DNA of 59,287 nucleotides, filler included. It is 4 parts of 4 records of this genome, joined end to end, with 100 filler letters (N's around TTAATTAATTAA, not from the genome) between each part and the next. Parts side by side here need not be neighbours in the genome. Positions count along the whole stretch, not along the records: positions 21,056 to 43,922 come from SRR2962707_4285; positions 44,023 to 59,287 come from SRR2962707_4291; 2 more parts are not named here. One strand, given 5' to 3'. Of this stretch, positions 37,727-48,299 are shown in pieces. The notes beneath the pieces are model-generated. The model had not been told where the DNA came from. It saw only the letters and a program-made list of their open reading frames with translations, and did no database searches. Position numbers and translations under genes: made by a program. Within the stretch, counting starts at the first letter, position 1, and every line of letters begins with the position of its first letter.

Positions 37727-38501
37727 AAAGCGCCCCCAGATCCTTGGCCGTGATGCCGGTTGTGGCGGCGTCCATTTCGATCCGACCATGGGCCAGACCC
37801 AGAACGCGGTCGCCATAGCGCACCGCATGTTCGACGTTGTGCGAGGTAAAGATAACCGTCACCCCTTCGGAGCGTACGAGGCGAAAGAACAGGTCCATCA
37901 CCTCTTCGCCCGCCACCGGGTCAAGCGAGGCGGTGGGTTCGTCTGCCACCAGAAATCGGGGCTGACCCACCAGTGCACGGGCGATCGCGACACGTTGGCT
38001 TTGACCACCCGACAGGCCGTCCGCGCGGCGCTTTGCTAGATGGGTAAGGCCGACCTTTTCCAGGGCGTCCATTGCTGCCGCCCGTGCCTGCGCGGGTGCA
38101 AAGACGTGGCTCCAGTAACGCGGCCCGGCGTGTCGCCCCAGCAGCCCGTGGATGACGTTCGACAATACGGAAAGGCGCGGGACAAGATTGTGTTTCTGCG
38201 CCACCAACCCGGTCCGGGCCCGCAGCTGCCGCTGATCGCGCCGTCCTAGCCCAAGCGTCTTTTGACCCAAAAGTTCGACGCTACCGGCATCGACCGGGAT
38301 CAACCCAAGACAGCAGCGCAGCAGCGTCGATTTGCCAGTGCCATTTGCCCCCACAAGCGCCACGCAGGCCCCTTGGGCAATCTCGAAATCGAGCGCAGAA
38401 AAGACAGGCGTGGCCTGACCAAACGATTTGGTCAGGCCACGTACGCTCAGATCCGCCGGAGCCGTCGTGGTTCGTGGTGCGATACCGTGGTCCAGCGCCA
38501 T
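37719..38501 (-). CDS. PhnC-like ABC ATPase (second system)
   Basis: GANGTGKST, HNLVPRLSVLSNV, LSGGQSQR and ADEPTASLDP. Confidence 0.9.
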   Translation of the reverse strand: MALDHGIAPRTTTAPADLSVRGLTKSFGQATPVFSALDFEIAQGACVALVGANGTGKSTLLRCCLGLIPVDAGSVELLGQKTLGLGRRDQRQLRARTGLVAQKHNLVPRLSVLSNVIHGLLGRHAGPRYWSHVFAPAQARAAAMDALEKVGLTHLAKRRADGLSGGQSQRVAIARALVGQPRFLVADEPTASLDPVAGEEVMDLFFRLVRSEGVTVIFTSHNVEHAVRYGDRVLGLAHGRIEMDAATTGITAKDLGALYV

Positions 38502-38505
38502 CGGT

Positions 38506-39378
38506 TTATTCGCCGATGAACTTGTCAAATTGCGGATAGCCCGCATTGGTATACATCGACCGCACGACGTCATAGGCCGCATCGTCAATCGCGACGAGAT
38601 CCATCCCACGATACTTCTCGTTCTCTTCGTGGGTCAGGATGGCGGAAATGATTGCATCCTTGTTATCGAGGATGGCAGTGCGGACGCGGTTGGCCGCCTC
38701 TTCGGGCACGTGGGCACCGACCATGATCATGTCGTTGGGCAGGTCGCCCGACCGCGCCAGAACCTTGAAGAATCCATAGGGCACCGAGGTATCTGTGGCG
38801 CGCGGGCCTTCCATCCAGCTGGTCGCATTGGTGCCGATCGCCGTGATATCACCGTTCTTGAGCGATTCGTGCGCGATGTTGCGCGAGGTATGTACGCGGT
38901 CGATGTCATTCACCGGATCTACGCCGTAATCTGCGACCAGTTGCATCGGGCAAAGCATGTTTGAGGTGGACCCGATATCACCAAAGGCGACTGTCTTGCC
39001 TTTAAGATCCGCCATTGCATTGATGCCGCTGTCGGCGCGCACGACGATGGCGCAATGGTAATCCGGTCGTCCCAGACCGATCAGCGGTTTCGCTTCGGTC
39101 AGCTTATTGATCACGATGTATTCGGCGGGTCCCGAGATAACGAAATCGACGGTCTTGCCGCGCAGCGCCTCTGCGGCGGCTGTGCGCGAACTGACCGGAT
39201 AAAAGTCGAATGTATCGCCGGTGGCGGACTCGAGCGCCTGCTTGAAGCCGCCCCATTCTGTCTGCAACCGTTCGAGCCCTTCGACATCCGTGACGGCAAG
39301 GTTCCAGTTTTCGGCAAAGGCACCAGTGGCGAGAAGCGCAGAGGTGGCAGAGATCGATAGGATGGTTTTCAGGGACAT
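38506..39378 (-). CDS. PhnD-like phosphate/phosphite/phosphonate-binding protein (divergent type)
   Basis: Signal peptide, AVTDVEGLERLQ, GPAEY, GSTS and DLPND. Confidence 0.85.
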   Translation of the reverse strand: MSLKTILSISATSALLATGAFAENWNLAVTDVEGLERLQTEWGGFKQALESATGDTFDFYPVSSRTAAAEALRGKTVDFVISGPAEYIVINKLTEAKPLIGLGRPDYHCAIVVRADSGINAMADLKGKTVAFGDIGSTSNMLCPMQLVADYGVDPVNDIDRVHTSRNIAHESLKNGDITAIGTNATSWMEGPRATDTSVPYGFFKVLARSGDLPNDMIMVGAHVPEEAANRVRTAILDNKDAIISAILTHEENEKYRGMDLVAIDDAAYDVVRSMYTNAGYPQFDKFIGE

Positions 39379-39457
39379 TGCAGAAGCCTTCCTGGCTTTG
39401 GTGAAAAGGTTCGAATGAATTTTTAAGCTGACGCTGTGACCTAAGGATTGCGGATGG

Positions 39458-39497
39458 ATGAAGCTTTCGTCGCCGTTTCGTGACGCTGCCATGACAG
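39458..39497 (-). promoter_or_regulatory. Pho-box-like array upstream of the second phnD-like operon
   Basis: Minus strand CTGTCAT-GGCA-GCGTCAC-GAAA-CGGCGAC-GAAA-GCTTCAT at 11-bp period. Confidence 0.65.
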
Positions 39498-39667
39498 CCC
39501 GCTGGGGGCGGCAGCCACTGCGCCGGCCCCAAAACACCCCGACCTGGGTCAAGCCTTTGATTTAGCTCAACCAGCGGACCTCGACGTTTCAAATCTGTTA
39601 CGTGGATACGTTTGAAGTTTCACCGCCGTGAAATTTAGACTTCATCCAAAGCCTTCAGTCAGGGGGC

Positions 39668-40474
39668 ATGACAAATGAAACGCTCACCCTTTCCCGACTG
39701 ACCCGCCGCTTCGGCGAAACCACCGCCGTGGACCGTGTCTCGCTTGAAATAGCACCACGGCAATTCGTGGGGGTGATCGGACGCTCTGGTGCAGGTAAAT
39801 CGACGCTGCTGCGCCTGATCAATAGACTGGCCGAGCCTTCGGAAGGGACGATCCAATATGGGGATCGCCAGGTGACATCCTTGCAAGGGGCCGAGCTGCG
39901 GGCCTGGCGGCGCGATTGCGCAATGATCTTTCAGCAGTTCAACCTGGTCGACCGGCTGGACGTGCTCACAAATGTACTTATCGGGCGGTTGGCGGGACGT
40001 GGCTTTTTGTCCTCCATGGCTATGCGCTTTAGCGATGCGGAAAGGGCTATGGCGATCCAGGCTCTGGACCGGCTTGATATGGTCCCGCAGGCGCTTCAAC
40101 GCGCGGGCACCCTATCGGGTGGACAACAGCAGCGCGTCGCCATTGCCCGTGCCCTTGTGCAGGAGCCCAAGATCATGCTGGCTGACGAACCCATTGCGTC
40201 GCTGGACCCCGGCAACGCGACCCGGGTGATGGAGGCGTTGCGCAGTATCAACCGCGAGGACGGACTGACTGTTCTGGTCAACCTCCACACGCTCGACACC
40301 GCGCGCGAATATTGCGACCGCATCATCGCCATGCGTGCAGGCCGGGTGATGTTCGACGGTGTCGCCGTACAGCTGACCGACGATGTCGTGCGCGACATCT
40401 ACGGCAGCGACGGCCTGGCCGAATTCAACGAAGCCGTCACATCGACCCGGACGCGTTCGCGCGTCCCGGCCTGA
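39668..40474 (+). CDS. phnC: phosphonate ABC ATPase
   Basis: [36 protein letters not shown] and VNLH. Confidence 0.93.
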   Translation: MTNETLTLSRLTRRFGETTAVDRVSLEIAPRQFVGVIGRSGAGKSTLLRLINRLAEPSEGTIQYGDRQVTSLQGAELRAWRRDCAMIFQQFNLVDRLDVLTNVLIGRLAGRGFLSSMAMRFSDAERAMAIQALDRLDMVPQALQRAGTLSGGQQQRVAIARALVQEPKIMLADEPIASLDPGNATRVMEALRSINREDGLTVLVNLHTLDTAREYCDRIIAMRAGRVMFDGVAVQLTDDVVRDIYGSDGLAEFNEAVTSTRTRSRVPA

Positions 40475-40503
40475 CGGACCATCCAAACCAAGGGAAACTG
40501 CTT

Positions 40504-41424
40504 ATGAAACTATTTACCACCACGGCGCTTGTCGCGTGTATCGCGGTTCCGGCGCTGGCCGATGGCTGGAAGGATGACTACCAGGTCATCAAATTCGGCG
40601 TCCTGTCCGGCGAAAACGAAAAAGACCGCCTGATGCGCAACGAACCGCTGCGCACGTTCCTGGAACAGGAACTGGGCGTAAAGGTCGAAATCTTTACCGC
40701 AGGCAACTACGATGGCGTCGTGCAGGCCATCGCCGCCGACCAGATCGAGGTCGCGCGCTTTGGGTCGTCTTCCTATGCTGCCGCTTATACCGCCACCGAT
40801 GGTGGTGTGGTGCCGACGTTGACCGAGATGAAAAAGGACGGCAACACCGGCTATACCTCTATCGTCGTGACGCGCTGCGACAGCGGCATCAAATCGCTGG
40901 CCGATGCCAAGGGCAAAATCCACGCCTTTGCCGACCCGGATTCCACCTCTGGCTACGCGGTACCCTATTTCAACTTCGTGACGAAAGAAGGTTTCCAGCC
41001 CAAGGAATACTTTGCCGCAACGCCGTTTTCGGGCAGCCATGAAGCAGGTGTCCAGGGCGTCGTGAATGGCACCTTTGATACCGCATCAACCTATCAGAAC
41101 AACGATGTCGACGGCATCTATCAGCGCATGGTGTCCAAGGGCATGATCGACGCGGGGGTCATCTGCCCGATCTGGTCCAGCCCCGAAATCACGTCCGGCC
41201 CCTGGACCTTCCGCAACAACCTGCCGCCCGAGATGATCGAGGATGTCACCGCCGCGATCGAGGCGTTCCCGGCAGCCGATCCCGAAGGGTACAAGCTGTA
41301 TTCGTCGTTTGATCCCGAAGATGCCAACCCCAAGGCTGGCTTCACCCGCGTTGATACCGAGCGGTACCAGTGGATCGTCGACATGCGCGACTGGATCAAG
41401 AAAGAACGCCGTAGCGGTTCCTAA
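40504..41424 (+). CDS. phnD: phosphonate ABC substrate-binding protein
   Basis: Signal peptide, GENE, NYDGVVQ, FADPDSTSGYAVP and FSGSHE. Confidence 0.9.
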   Translation: MKLFTTTALVACIAVPALADGWKDDYQVIKFGVLSGENEKDRLMRNEPLRTFLEQELGVKVEIFTAGNYDGVVQAIAADQIEVARFGSSSYAAAYTATDGGVVPTLTEMKKDGNTGYTSIVVTRCDSGIKSLADAKGKIHAFADPDSTSGYAVPYFNFVTKEGFQPKEYFAATPFSGSHEAGVQGVVNGTFDTASTYQNNDVDGIYQRMVSKGMIDAGVICPIWSSPEITSGPWTFRNNLPPEMIEDVTAAIEAFPAADPEGYKLYSSFDPEDANPKAGFTRVDTERYQWIVDMRDWIKKERRSGS

Positions 41425-41482
41425 GACCACCTTTGCGCAGAGAGGGTTTCCCTCTCTGCCATCCATCCCATCGGGGGCGCGT

Positions 41483-42427
41483 ATGACCGCAACGGCAGAG
41501 TTTTCCGGTATCCGGCCGCTGACAGGGCCCGGAGCCATCTCCGCGTTCGAGCGGGATTTCGCAGAGCGGCGGCGGCGGTCCCGGATCGGCTGGGCCATTG
41601 GCTTTGTTGTCTTTGGAGCAGCGTTCGTATTGACCGCTTGGGTTGGCGATTTCTTCAAGGTCACGCAGGTGACCTTGACCGACGGCACCCGCGCCTGGCG
41701 TTGGGTGATCCCCGCAGGAATCCCGCGTCTGGGCGAATTCGTCGCAAAAACTGTTCCGACCCTACGCTGGGATAGCCTGGGCGCGGATCTGGCCGAATGG
41801 TTTTGGCGTTGGAAAACCTGGCTAAAATTGCTGCTGGAAACCGTCCTCATAGCCTTTATGGCGACGGCGCTGGGTGTGGTCGGCGGCTTCCTTCTGTCCT
41901 TTCCGGCGGCGCGCAATCTGGCCCCGAACAAACCCGTCCTGTGGCTGTCTCGCCGCTATCTTGAAATTGCGCGCACCGTTCCGGAATTGGTATGGGCGCT
42001 GATCTTTGTCTTTTGCTTTTCTGTGGGGCCATTGGCTGGGGTGCTGGCCATCGGGATGCATGCGACCGGCGCACTGGGCAAGCTTTACTCCGAAGCGAAC
42101 GAGAATATCGACATGGGGCCGCTAGACGGGATCAAGGCGGCAGGCGGGACCTGGTTTGACCAGATCCGCTATGGCGTCGTGCCACAGGTATTGCCCAACA
42201 TCATCAGCTACACACTGTTGCGGTTCGAAATCAACGTCCGCTCTTCGTCGATCATTGGCTATGTGGGCGCCGGCGGTCTGGGACAGGAATTCCGCACCGC
42301 CCTTAGCTTTCAGGAATATACTGACCTGTCGGCGCTGTTTCTAATCATCTTTGTCACCGTCGTGGTGATCGATTACGGATCGGAAAAGCTGCGCCACCGG
42401 GTCATCGGGATGGAGACACATTCATGA
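41483..42427 (+). CDS. phnE: phosphonate ABC permease
   Basis: RTVPELVWAL, GKLYSE and RFEINVRSSSIIGYVGAGGLG. Confidence 0.9.
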   Translation: MTATAEFSGIRPLTGPGAISAFERDFAERRRRSRIGWAIGFVVFGAAFVLTAWVGDFFKVTQVTLTDGTRAWRWVIPAGIPRLGEFVAKTVPTLRWDSLGADLAEWFWRWKTWLKLLLETVLIAFMATALGVVGGFLLSFPAARNLAPNKPVLWLSRRYLEIARTVPELVWALIFVFCFSVGPLAGVLAIGMHATGALGKLYSEANENIDMGPLDGIKAAGGTWFDQIRYGVVPQVLPNIISYTLLRFEINVRSSSIIGYVGAGGLGQEFRTALSFQEYTDLSALFLIIFVTVVVIDYGSEKLRHRVIGMETHS

Positions 42428-43281
42428 CCATCTCACCTCAGGACATTGCCGCCGCCCGTGCCCGCCTGCCGCTTGCCTTTCGTGCGCCACTGCCCGTGGT
42501 GCTGCGACGCTGGGTGCTTTGGGTCGGTTTTGCCGCATTGTTTTGCTACTGCCTCTGGGCCTTTGATTTTTCTCCCGCTCGTATATGGGAGGGATTGGGC
42601 CGTCTGGGCCGCGTGCTAAGCTTCATGTTTCCGCCCCATATCTGGACCTCATGGGCGGCGTTTTCGGAAATCTTGAAAGGATTGGGGGAAACCCTGTCGA
42701 TGGCGTTCCTCGGAACGCTTTTAGGGGCGATATTTGCCTTTCCACTGTCCTTTCTGGGTGCAAAGAACATCAACCGGCTGAATTTCATGCGGCTTGGCGT
42801 GCGGCGCGGTTATGACGTTATCCGCGCGTTCGAGACGCTGATCCTCGCGCTCATCTTTATCCGTGCCTTTGGCCTTGGTCCGCTGGCTGGCATTTTGGCC
42901 ATCGCGGTGTCGGAAATTGGCACTTTTGCCAAACTCTTTTCCGAAGCGATTGAGAACACCTCCAACAAATCCGTCGACGGGATCAAAGCGGCGGGCGGAT
43001 CGCGGCTTCAACAAATCCGCTATGGCATCCTGCCGCAGGTCAACCCGGTGATCCTGTCGATTTTGCTTTATAACTTTGAATCCAATGTGCGCACGGGCAC
43101 GATCCTGGGCATCGTCGGGGCCGGGGGTATCGGTTTCCTGTTGTCCGACCGCATCGCCGCCTATCGCTGGGACGAGGCATGGTCGATCATCTTCCTGATC
43201 ATCATCATGGTGTATGTGATCGACTGGCTTTCGGCCCGTATCCGCGACCGCGCCATTGGCGGTTGGGAGAAAACCAAATGA
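42424..43281 (+). CDS. phnE: phosphonate ABC permease
   Basis: [16 protein letters not shown] and [20 protein letters not shown]. Confidence 0.9.
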   Translation: MTISPQDIAAARARLPLAFRAPLPVVLRRWVLWVGFAALFCYCLWAFDFSPARIWEGLGRLGRVLSFMFPPHIWTSWAAFSEILKGLGETLSMAFLGTLLGAIFAFPLSFLGAKNINRLNFMRLGVRRGYDVIRAFETLILALIFIRAFGLGPLAGILAIAVSEIGTFAKLFSEAIENTSNKSVDGIKAAGGSRLQQIRYGILPQVNPVILSILLYNFESNVRTGTILGIVGAGGIGFLLSDRIAAYRWDEAWSIIFLIIIMVYVIDWLSARIRDRAIGGWEKTK

Positions 43282-43886
43282 AAAAACTGTCCGAAACACC
43301 GACCGTTCACGAGACGGCCAAAATCGTCGATTGCACCCTTGGAAAATGGACCGAGATTTATGCCCATGTGACCATGCGTGACGTCACATTTGGTGATTAT
43401 TCCTATATCGTGAAGCACGGCAATGTGGTGTCCTCCACCATCGGCAAGTTCTGTTCAATCGCCGAAGGGGCGCGCATCAATCCCGGCAATCACGCCACCT
43501 GGCGTGCCAGCCAGCACCATTTCACCTACCGCGCGGCGCAATACGATCTGGGCCAGGACGACGATGCCTTCTTTCAGTGGCGCCGGGATCACGCGGTCAC
43601 GATAGGCCACGATGTTTGGATCGGGCACGGGGTCACCATTCTTGCCGGGGTGACCGTCGGCACTGGTGCTATTATCGGTGCAGGTGCGGTAGTCTCGCGC
43701 GACGTCGCCCCTTACACCACTGTGGCAGGTGTGCCCGCGCGCCCTATCGGGCGGCGATTCACCGATGCACAGGCAGAAGCGCTGATGCAGATTGCCTGGT
43801 GGGACTGGCCCCACGATCGCCTTCGTCAGAGTTTGTCGGACATGCGCAATCTGTCGATAGATCAATTCATAGAGGCAAACCTGTAA
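43278..43886 (+). CDS. hexapeptide-repeat acetyltransferase (phn-associated, Xat-like)
   Basis: [30 protein letters not shown] and IAWWDW. Confidence 0.9.
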   Translation: MKKLSETPTVHETAKIVDCTLGKWTEIYAHVTMRDVTFGDYSYIVKHGNVVSSTIGKFCSIAEGARINPGNHATWRASQHHFTYRAAQYDLGQDDDAFFQWRRDHAVTIGHDVWIGHGVTILAGVTVGTGAIIGAGAVVSRDVAPYTTVAGVPARPIGRRFTDAQAEALMQIAWWDWPHDRLRQSLSDMRNLSIDQFIEANL

Positions 43887-43892
43887 ATTATT

Positions 43893-43922
43893 CTGATGCC
43901 TGATGCCTGATGCCTGATGCCT
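43893..43922. repeat. heptamer tandem repeat (CTGATGC)n at contig end
   Basis: Four full copies plus CT, running into the linker. Confidence 0.9.
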
Positions 43923-44022
43923 NNNNNNNNNNNNNNNNNNNNNNNNNNNNNNNNNNNNNNNNNNNNTTAATTAATTAANNNNNNNNNNNNNNNNNNNNNN
44001 NNNNNNNNNNNNNNNNNNNNNN
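43923..44022. other. artificial contig linker
   Basis: N-TTAATTAATTAA-N. Confidence 0.99.
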
Positions 44023-44257
44023 GCAGATGGAAAACCGTCACAAGACCATGAATGCGGGCGAATATAATCACGGCTTTGCCGTTGATTGGATGCGCAAAGA
44101 TTTGGCGATCTGCCTTGCCGAAGCCAAGAAAAATGGCTCGCTTTTGCCCGTTACCACCATCATCGATGAATATTACGCCGATGTGCAAGCCATGGGCGGC
44201 AATCGCTGGGACACATCATCCCTGCTCGCACGCCTCAATGCAAAAAGCGGCAAATAA
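44023..44257 (+). CDS. NAD(P)-dependent beta-hydroxyacid dehydrogenase, C-terminal fragment
   Basis: GFAVDWMRKDL...GGNRWDTSSL, typical of the 3-hydroxyisobutyrate dehydrogenase family. Confidence 0.85.
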
Positions 44258-44267
44258 ACAGACAAAC

Positions 44268-44298
44268 AAAAAGGCGGGATTTTCATCCCGCCTTTTTT
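44268..44298. terminator. bidirectional intrinsic terminator
   Basis: AAAAAGGCGGGAT-TTTC-ATCCCGCCTTTTT between convergent genes. Confidence 0.85.
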
Positions 44299-44319
44299 AA
44301 TTCTAAAATCGCTTAGAGC

Positions 44320-45537
<1,218 letters not shown>

Positions 45538-45755
45538 TTAAGGCTCTAAGACTTGGTGACGCTCCGTAAACAGAGCGCCGACGCTATGCGACAAATATGC
45601 TGTTTGCGCAAGCATTTGCGGTGATCAATCTTGTCATCGATACATTCTACCCAAGTTTTTGCTGGCCATCAAATTAACCAGCCATTAACGATGATTGTTA
45701 ATAATTGCGAAAGATTCGCGCGCACAGAAATTTGGCTGGCATTTTGACACAACCG

Positions 45756-46595
45756 ATGGATAAAAAAATCGCGGCACTGCTGCAACGGGATGAGAACGGC
45801 AACTGGATTGCCGTCTACCGCGATGTTGTTTTAAAATCTGCGTTCCAGCCAATTTTTCGCATCATCGGCGGCAAGGTTCGCCCCATTGCCTTTGAAGGCT
45901 TACTGCGCCCGTTTCGTGACGGCGTGAATATTATGCCCGGCGCATTTTTCGGCTCTGTCGGCAAAGACGACATTGAGCTTGTTGAGGCAACAGCGCGCAC
46001 GCTGCATATTCGCAACGCCGCCAAGCTACATCCCAAAGCGCGGCGTCTATTCATCAATTTTGATCCATCCGTGTTGGCATCAGTCTCTACTTTTGACGCC
46101 ACGCTTGACCATTTGGCCGTTGAACTTCGCGCCTCAGGCTTAAAACCAACCGACTGCATCTGCGAAATCACCGAGCAAGGCGTAAAATCAGAACAAGATT
46201 TGAGCTATTTTGTTTATTCGTTGCGCGCGCGAGGATATTTGATCGCGGTGGATGATTTTGGTGCAGATTCGTCCAACATGAAGCGCATTAAAGCGCTAAC
46301 GCCCGACATCGTTAAATTTGACGGAGCCTTGGTAAAACGCCTGATGAATACATCTGAAGGCCTCAAACAGCTTAAACTGATGCTCGCCAATTTTAAAGAA
46401 CTGCGCATCAACACGGTGCTCGAAGGCATTGAAGAAGGCTGGCAAATAGAAATGGCCGAAGCCGCAGGCGGCGAAATGTTGCAAGGCTATGCCATGGCTG
46501 TGCCGCGCATATTGCCTAGTAATTTCGATGAATGGTTTGAAGCGGAAGAAACAATCACGGTTAAACCCGTGCTCAGCAAGCCAGCGTCCAGCTAA
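45756..46595 (+). CDS. stand-alone EAL domain c-di-GMP phosphodiesterase
   Basis: FQPI, EGLLR, FINF, EITE, DDFG, VKFD, EGIE and QGY. Confidence 0.88.
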   Translation: MDKKIAALLQRDENGNWIAVYRDVVLKSAFQPIFRIIGGKVRPIAFEGLLRPFRDGVNIMPGAFFGSVGKDDIELVEATARTLHIRNAAKLHPKARRLFINFDPSVLASVSTFDATLDHLAVELRASGLKPTDCICEITEQGVKSEQDLSYFVYSLRARGYLIAVDDFGADSSNMKRIKALTPDIVKFDGALVKRLMNTSEGLKQLKLMLANFKELRINTVLEGIEEGWQIEMAEAAGGEMLQGYAMAVPRILPSNFDEWFEAEETITVKPVLSKPASS

Positions 46596-46684
46596 TTTCA
46601 AATTCTTGACACCGATACAAAAAAGCAATTGCGCCCATCGCCCGCATGATGGAGCATCCTATCGTCATTAATTTGGAAAATACG

Positions 46685-47305
46685 ATGCTAACGCTTTATT
46701 CTATGCCCTCTTCGGGCAACTCTTATAAAATCCGCCTTGTCATGGCGAAGCTTGGCATCCCCTTTAAGCACATTGATTGCGAATATGGGTCTGGCATGAC
46801 TGAAAGCGCCGAGTTTCGTGCGCTTAACCCCAATGGCAAAGTGCCTTTGCTGGTGTTGGAAGACGGCAGGCTAATCGCTGAATCAAACGCTATCTTGCTC
46901 TATTTGGCGGGCAGGTCGGACCTCGTGCCTACCGATGCCTATCAATTGGCTAAAGTCCATGAATGGATGTTCTTTGAGCAAAACTTCCATGAAGGCAGCG
47001 TTGCCACCCGCGCCGCAATCCTCACCTATCCTCAGCGCGCCCATATGCGTGTACCTGAAAAATTAGCCCCTTTATTGGAGTCCGGCACACGCGCCTTGTC
47101 CGTTATGGAAGCCCAGCTTGCCAAAACAGACTTTATCGCAGGTGACAAATACACTGTCGCCGATATCGCGCTTTATGCCTACACCCATTCTGCGGGCGCT
47201 AAAGGCGGCTTTGATATGAGCCAGTTCCCCGCGATCAATAAATGGCTAGACCGTGTTGCATCCACAGAAGGTCATGTGCCGCTAGAGTGGCTACCCGCCA
47301 CATAA
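46685..47305 (+). CDS. glutathione S-transferase
   Basis: SGNSYK, NPNGKVP, ESNAIL and ADIALYAYTH. Confidence 0.92.
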   Translation: MLTLYSMPSSGNSYKIRLVMAKLGIPFKHIDCEYGSGMTESAEFRALNPNGKVPLLVLEDGRLIAESNAILLYLAGRSDLVPTDAYQLAKVHEWMFFEQNFHEGSVATRAAILTYPQRAHMRVPEKLAPLLESGTRALSVMEAQLAKTDFIAGDKYTVADIALYAYTHSAGAKGGFDMSQFPAINKWLDRVASTEGHVPLEWLPAT

Positions 47306-47416
47306 TTGCCACAACATAACCTAAGCAAAACCTTTATTTACCCCTCATCTTGCCCAATTACCTGTCCATTAATGGGGCAACGAAAAGATCAATTGCGATA
47401 GAATGAGGATATAAAA

Positions 47417-47620
47417 ATGTTTGCACAGCAACTGAATAATTCCACTTTGGAACTCGCAAAAATGCTCGCGGCCCCTGAAATGGGAACTTCTTATAATATC
47501 ATGCACAGCCAAACAGCCCTGATGGCGCTGATGCTCATTGGTCTTGCGGTTATGACCGTCGCCTCTGTCAAATTTACGCGCGGCGTCGCGCGTGATCTTG
47601 AAAACGCCGACAATTTTTAA
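47417..47620 (+). CDS. small hypothetical membrane protein
   Basis: GAGGA RBS, one TM helix, and its own terminator-like hairpin at 47649-47671. Confidence 0.55.
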   Translation: MFAQQLNNSTLELAKMLAAPEMGTSYNIMHSQTALMALMLIGLAVMTVASVKFTRGVARDLENADNF

Positions 47621-47710
47621 TCGCACACTCAAATTGCCTCCAAACTTTAACCGGCTTCTGGCCGGTTTTTTGTGTTTTGGCTTTGAGAGCCTTTGATCTA
47701 TGATGGTTAA

Positions 47711-48214
47711 ATGAAAACAATATTCGCTTTACTTATCATCGCTGCGATCGCTGCCATTGGCCTACTGGCCTATGGGCGCGAAAACACATGGGTCGCAATT
47801 TTTGGCAAAGCCGATTTAGGGCCGTTTGAACTCACCAATTTAACGCGCAGCAAAAGCGACAATGATGCGCTTATTTGTACACCAGTTCTTTGTCCTGAGG
47901 GCGTGGCGGCAGACGAAGAATTTGCACCAATCACTGCAACACCTGAAGAAATCATCGCACAGATCGAAAAAGCATTTGCGCAAAGCGGTCTCATCTATAA
48001 GCGCGTCGACGATCAAAGCGATCCGACACAGGCCCGCTTCGTCACATGGACGAAATTAATGCGTTTTCCCGACACCAACCAATTTATGGCCAGAGAGCTT
48101 GCTGATGGCACGACCGGCCTTATCGCCTATGCCCGCGCCCAAATGGGTAAATCAGATCTGGGTAAAAACCTTGAGCGCCTAAAAATGATTTTGGCGACCG
48201 CAAAGAGCGAATAA
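47711..48214 (+). CDS. DUF1499-like protein
   Basis: N-terminal TM, NDALIC, LMRFPD and SDLGKNLERL. Confidence 0.75.
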   Translation: MKTIFALLIIAAIAAIGLLAYGRENTWVAIFGKADLGPFELTNLTRSKSDNDALICTPVLCPEGVAADEEFAPITATPEEIIAQIEKAFAQSGLIYKRVDDQSDPTQARFVTWTKLMRFPDTNQFMARELADGTTGLIAYARAQMGKSDLGKNLERLKMILATAKSE

Positions 48215-48299
48215 ATACGCGCAAAAAATCCCCTTCATAATCTGCCCATGACCTGATAGAGCCGCGTGGTAACATCCCAAACCACGCAAAGCTAAAATC

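Noticed and set aside
43278-43886. Chloramphenicol/streptogramin resistance gene
   Set aside because: Xat-like fold, but this subfamily is a usual member of alphaproteobacterial phn clusters and there is no evidence for resistance.
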